From NCBI GenBank assembly GCA_030704615.1, contig CM060731.1:30070001-30134000 (forward strand): a stretch of DNA of 64,000 nucleotides, read 5' to 3'. The DNA comes from Takakia lepidozioides. Its lineage: Eukaryota > Plantae > Bryophyta. Positions 58,581 to 64,000 of this stretch are shown here, piece by piece (the stretch's first letter is position 1; the number at the start of each line of letters is the position of its first letter). Under the pieces are notes generated by a model. That model saw only the letters and a list, made by a program, of their open reading frames with translations, ran no database searches and had not been told where the DNA came from. Position numbers and translations under genes: made by a program.

Positions 58581-61500
58581 TGTCAAGTTATTTTACCACT
58601 AGTGTGAAGTTAGCTAAGGAAATAGCTAGCTTTTATATATTTGGGATTGACCCAAGTGTCAATCCAGGGGCCAATATATGTTTGGGCACCTAGCGTTGTT
58701 ATCTTCACGACAGATCGTGGTGGGCTCATCTTTCTCGAATTGAGCCTCACCGCGTCTAGCTATGGCGCCGTAGTGTGGATTCCCCATGGCGTGGGGTGCA
58801 CTTGGCTCGACTTAATATATGAGTGATGTTTTCATGGGCAAGTATGTGAGTTTGAGAGAGCTTGTGTGCTTGTATCTTTCCTTCCTTTATCACTCGAGAA
58901 AGATCAGCTCGAGTCTGTGGGTGCCAGGTTCGAGTTAGTTGTAGCACTTGTGTTTTAAGATCATGAAAAGCGGTTCAGCCTAGAGTGCAAGGATTCGTGC
59001 ATGAGCCTATCCAAAGCGGATAGAGTGCAAATACGAACAGGTTGCAGGTTTGCAATGGATAGAGAGGCGGTCAGCGTTGCATAGCTCAAAGCTATGACAA
59101 CCAAGTTTGGGCTTCTAGTGTGAAGCGGAGGAGATGTTGGCTACGAGTGGGCGAACTGGTGGTCGTACTGCAGGCCGAGTTAAGGAGCTGCAGGAATGTG
59201 GGCTGCGCATGGGAAGCTGGCATGTTGCAGGTTGGAGATGATATGATTAGCTCCAGGTCTTTCTGCTCGAAATCAGTTGTTGCGGGAGATGAGGAGCAGC
59301 CGAATAGTGGAGCTGCGAGGGGTTGCATCGCAACCCGTTGGGAGCTTCAGCTCCAAGCTCATGAAGAGGTATAAGTGAAGAGAGGGGGTTGGTCCCTCTT
59401 GTGTGCAAATCAATGCACTTGTGAAGTATATGCTGAGTTGGAGTTTCAATCTGAAACTCAGCAGTGTAAGGGCTCTTGGAGTGGCAAGAACGGGGCTGGA
59501 AGGGCAACAACGAGGCGTCCTAGAGCCAGGGAATGTTCAGTAGAACTGCAAGTACACCAAGGTTGTAAAGGTGTGTATTTTTCAGATTTGTTTTTGTAAG
59601 CTTCATGGAGAAAAGGGAGCTTTTTGGGCAGCATATGGCTTGTTTGTTGAGTTGGGGGCGCTTCTAGTGGGCCGTGAGAGCTCAGGAGTGCAGGGCGACG
59701 GGGCTGATGGCTCCGCAGAAGCCATAGCTCGTCGGCAGCAGGTGCAGGAGCAAACCCCAGCTCGGGGAGAGCTCGGGAACGCGGGGGAACGTCTGGGAAT
59801 GCATGGGAACTCGTTGGGAGTTCCAGGGGACGCAGGGAACAGTGGCCGTGATGGGCCGTGGGTGCGGTATCACGAGATACCACGAGCCCAGGCCGTGACT
59901 GTTGACCGTGACCGTTGGAAGCCGTGATGCAGACACAACGGGTGGGCACGGTGACCAGATCGTGGGGATGGCGGACTGTGAAGGCTCGTGGGAGTGGTAC
60001 CACGGGGTATCATGGGGCAGCCCGTGGCCAACGAGCGCCTAGGGCGGGCCGTGAGGAGTCATGGCGGTTGGAGCCATGGAAGGCCGCGAACAGAGAGAGT
60101 GGGAAAAAAAAAAGAAAAAAAAGAAAAAACCTTTTTCACTCGTTTCGTGGGACCTTGATGGGGAGGCTGGGCTCTGTAGAACAACGGTTTTGAGCTAGCT
60201 GATCCGGCAGAAAAAGTCGGAATTGCCTCCCTGTTGCGTTTTAACAAAGGGGATTACTTCCCTGCAGGTTTCAGCCCAATTCTTAACTATGGGGGAGACC
60301 AGCCTGCAGGTAATTCCTTTGGACAGAATGTTGTTGGGGCCTATATGTACCTCTATTTGCTCCATTTTTGAACCTTCGGTGAATGACGTGGTTTCCTGAG
60401 GTGGTTCCATTCTGAGGAATGGCTGGTGGACGTAAGGAGGCACTGACGGACCCTGTGGAGGCTTGCATGGGGCCTTGGAGGCCAAGTTTCATGAGCTTGT
60501 GGAGGGCGGTTTGAGGAGTGTCTACAGGATGCTCTCATGGTCATGCAAGTGAGAGAAGAGAGGAAAAAAAAGGGTGTTGGGATGAGAGCGTGTTGGGGAT
60601 AGGCATTGCTTTAGCTTCTCTTCCTCGTAACTTTCCACCTTCTCTATAGGCCGAGACCTTTCCGTAGGTGGAGGTGAGAGTCAGTCCGGGTTTGGGCTGG
60701 GTTGCAGGAGTGACACTGTGGAGTTGTTTTTGGTGTGGGGGAGTTGTTGTTTTCATTCTTGTGTTTGGATCCCCTCCACACCTGCATGCTTGATTGTGCG
60801 CCATGCTAGTTTTGTGTGGGCATTTGGATGATAGGTGGTTGCATGCTCCTGATGGTGAGGCTGGGTTGATGACCAGTCAGACCATCTTTGTTTCTCCTGT
60901 GGTGAGGTTGGAGGTGATGACCAGCCATCTGTGGGAGTGTTTGCGGTGGATGCAGGTGCAGGTGCAGGCTATGTTAGGAACCTAGTATTCCAAACCATAA
61001 GCCGCATTAGGTTCTCTACCCGGTTCCTTTGTGGAGAGGGGGTTAGGGACATGTTCATGACTGGTTGAGTGTCAGTTTGTCAACACGGAGGTGCCACTAG
61101 TTGCTGGGGAAAGTGTCGGTACGAGCATTAGCGATACTAGCGGATATACGAGACGGGGTGTGCGGTTTAAGCCACCTTCACCTCATGTGTCTTCTACGGA
61201 AGGTTTTGATTCGGATTGTGAATCAAGAGGACTCACACAGGCGGTGCAAGTTGTTTCCTTGCCATTGTTGTGGGACACAATGGAGGAGATGTATGGAGCC
61301 ACCAAGGGGCCACGTAGGTACTTTGAGGCGGTGGGCACCATTGAATTGGATGATTTTATCCAAGAGCTTGATAGTTGGTGTAACTTGCAACAAATGCGCA
61401 ATCCACAACTGTTTACGCCTTTCATGGCATGGAAGGGGCTGTTTCAGCACCTTGAGGGACCGCCCATGGATGATTACCATGAATTTAGGCGGGGGCACGA

Positions 61501-62605
61501 TGTTCATATTGAGGAGTGGAGGATGTACTGGTCACCCGACTATGTCTCCATCACTAGAGGCACTAGAAGCACAAGGGCAGCAGCCACACCGGCAGCTGTA
61601 GCAGCAACAGCAGCTACAATAGCAGCTTCCACGAGCAGTAGTGGGACTAGTGGTACAGTAACTACGACATCCACCCAAGCTACTGCTGCACCAGCACCAG
61701 CACCGGTGCGTGCCTTCAACCCTCTTGTGGAGTTCTTCGAAGAGTTGAGAAGGAACTACCAAGGGGTGATGACAGAGAAGTTGAGGAGCTTGCAAGAGTT
61801 CCAGAGGAAGCCTACTGAAAGTTTGAGGGAGGCTTTCACTTGCATGAGGCGCTTGATTAATGTAACCCAAGGGTTACGGAAGCTCAGGCAGTCCAATTCT
61901 GGTACGGGATGGAGCTGAGGAGAAGGGTGTGGGATGCAACTCTCCTACAAGCAGCCCAACCCACCTTAGCAAATGTGTTTTTACTGGCAGAGCGAATAGA
62001 GCTCAACATGGTGGAGGAACAAGTGGTCATGGTGGGATTTGATAAGGAGGCACCACAGGGTAGTGGTGCTCCTAGCTAGCCACTACCTCAACGTGCTCAA
62101 AGCAACAAGGGGGCTCAGGTGAAGCTCAGGGAAGGATAGAGAGGACCTCAGATGCAGGGGTCTCTCCCTTCATTTGCAAGCCAACAACGGGCGGATGTGG
62201 TGTGTTGGACATGTGGAGGACCCCATGTCAAGAAGGATTGCCTAGAGGGAGGCAATGGTTTGGCACCGGCACAGCCTACATAGTTGCAGTGTGGGCATTG
62301 TTGCAAGTACGGGCATGGAGAGGCCCAGTGCTATGGTTTGCATCCTGAGTTGCGCCCAGGCCACTTCCAAGGGAACAATGGTGGCTGGGGGCAAGGTGGA
62401 GCAGCCCAGAGAGGACGAGGTGGCCAGGCACGAGGTGCAGGCCAAGGGCAAGCTCAACATGGCCAAGGATGCGGAAGTCAAGGTGGGTGACCAAGGCATG
62501 GCCAACCGGCTTCAGCAGCTAGAGCAGAGGCTCGCTGCCATGGCCACAGCTCAGGTGGTACCGGCTCCAAGGCCGGATGGTCCACCTCCTGCTCCTGAGA
62601 GAGGA
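58581..62605 (+). mobile_element. G2 copy 3, 5' part: repeat B only (58581-58891), leader, degraded gag (61091-~62600)
   Basis: Starts at tgtcaagttatttt with no A repeat upstream; gag is homologous to 45620-47014, with stops and frameshifts. Confidence 0.9.
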
Positions 62606-62829
62606 GGACAGGGAGTGTGGGAAGTAATGCAACTGGAGCTGGGAATACTGTGAATATCGTGGGGCTTGTAGCACGGAGTGCTCAGGGGCCACCACTTGGT
62701 GGAAGTTCCACCACAACTACAACAGGTCCTCAAGGACCAGCACCAGCAAGGGGGCCAGCATCTGCCGGGCCTAGCCCTCTGCGATTCAAAGACGCGTCTT
62801 CGAAGGGTAAGTTCAAAGTCCCAGAGATC

Positions 62830-63329
62830 NNNNNNNNNNNNNNNNNNNNNNNNNNNNNNNNNNNNNNNNNNNNNNNNNNNNNNNNNNNNNNNNNNNNNNN
62901 NNNNNNNNNNNNNNNNNNNNNNNNNNNNNNNNNNNNNNNNNNNNNNNNNNNNNNNNNNNNNNNNNNNNNNNNNNNNNNNNNNNNNNNNNNNNNNNNNNNN
63001 NNNNNNNNNNNNNNNNNNNNNNNNNNNNNNNNNNNNNNNNNNNNNNNNNNNNNNNNNNNNNNNNNNNNNNNNNNNNNNNNNNNNNNNNNNNNNNNNNNNN
63101 NNNNNNNNNNNNNNNNNNNNNNNNNNNNNNNNNNNNNNNNNNNNNNNNNNNNNNNNNNNNNNNNNNNNNNNNNNNNNNNNNNNNNNNNNNNNNNNNNNNN
63201 NNNNNNNNNNNNNNNNNNNNNNNNNNNNNNNNNNNNNNNNNNNNNNNNNNNNNNNNNNNNNNNNNNNNNNNNNNNNNNNNNNNNNNNNNNNNNNNNNNNN
63301 NNNNNNNNNNNNNNNNNNNNNNNNNNNNN
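62830..63329. other. Assembly gap (500 N)
   Basis: Run of N. Confidence 1.
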
Positions 63330-63612
63330 GGCCACTATTCCCTTCGTTCCCTGGAACTCCCAACGAGTTCCAATGCGTTCCCAAGGTGTTCCCGATGTTC
63401 CCACTCGTTCCCGAGCTCTCCCCGAGCTGGGGTTTGCTCCTGCACCTGCTGACGCTAAGCTATGGCTTCTACGGAGCCATAACCCCCGTCGCCCTGCAAT
63501 CCTAAGCTCTCACGGCCCACTAGAAGCGTCCCCAACTCAACAAGCAAGCCATATGCTGCCCAACAAGCTCCATTTCTTCATGAAGCTCACAAAAACGAAT
63601 CTGAAAATACAC
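63330..63612 (-). mobile_element. Inverted fragment of the G2 leader
   Basis: Reverse complement of ~59574-59847. Confidence 0.85.
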
Positions 63613-64000
63613 GTACAATTCCAGCTTTGACGATGTCACCATGGACCTCTTTCCCCTTTTCCAGAGCTCCCATGCTTGCACATGCATCGCAAACACAAAC
63701 AAATGTGATTTGGTTGGGCTTCACCCCTTTGCGCAACATTTGCTTATAGGTCTTCAAAGCATTCCTACCACACTCATGCTTGGTAAATCGTGCCAACATT
63801 ATATTCCACGTGATCAAAGATCGTTGAGGCATTCTGTTAAACACTTGGTGAGCATCCATTATGCTCTCGCACTTAACATATATGTAGACAAAGGTGTTGA
63901 GTAGAAAAACATTTGGCATGAATCCATTTTGGATAATGTGAGTGTGCACCTGCTTTCCAGCCTCCAGACCTTCCATCTTGATGCACTTAAGCAAGAGACA
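63613..64000 (-). pseudogene. PLS-class pentatricopeptide-repeat gene fragment, truncated by the G2 fragment
   Basis: GKQVHTHIIQNGFMPNVFLLNTFVYIYVKC...AHQVFNRM...ITWNIML...GVKPNQITFVCVCDACASMGALEKGKEVH: L-S-P-L motif series. Confidence 0.9.

Noticed and set aside
55266-62605. G2 copies 2 and 3 as one element
   Set aside because: The order is 3' end then 5' end, separated by 437 bp of unrelated AT-rich DNA, so they are two insertions.

Overview
Eukaryotic DNA, very likely from a land plant (spliceosomal introns; a PLS-type PPR fragment at the right edge). It is almost entirely nested transposable elements, with two 500-N gaps. Reconstructed nesting: (1) A large DNA element, open at the left edge, carries a MULE-type DDE transposase with a GCM/WRKY-like zinc domain (<1-2930, minus), a strictly ~53-bp-phased array of 26-bp palindromes (3107-4740), a divergently transcribed multi-exon gene with a ParB-like domain and a degenerate beta-class (N4-C/N6-A) DNA methyltransferase-like domain (~5098-28600), a second palindrome array, and a divergent pair of paralogous orphan ORFs. 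(2) That gene is split by an 18.4-kb TIR element with a 9-bp TSD (7168-25569). (3) A non-chromovirus Ty3/Gypsy family (G1) is present twice (12139-25360 and ~31431-51410), with an extra ORF starting inside the LTR and a long extension 3' of integrase. (4) A second Gypsy-like family (G2; 41905-50252, 55266-58143, 58581-~62605) encodes gag, a C5-cytosine methyltransferase, a DDE integrase and a PHD finger. Instead of two ordinary LTRs it has split direct repeats (B-ORFs-A-B-A), a 4-bp TSD and an apparent self-priming structure. 51411-55265 and 62606-62829 are patchworks of short fragments of these families. The strongest novelty candidates are G2 and the GCM-MULE/ParB-MTase/palindrome element. 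All calls come from manual motif reading and alignment; no database searches were run.
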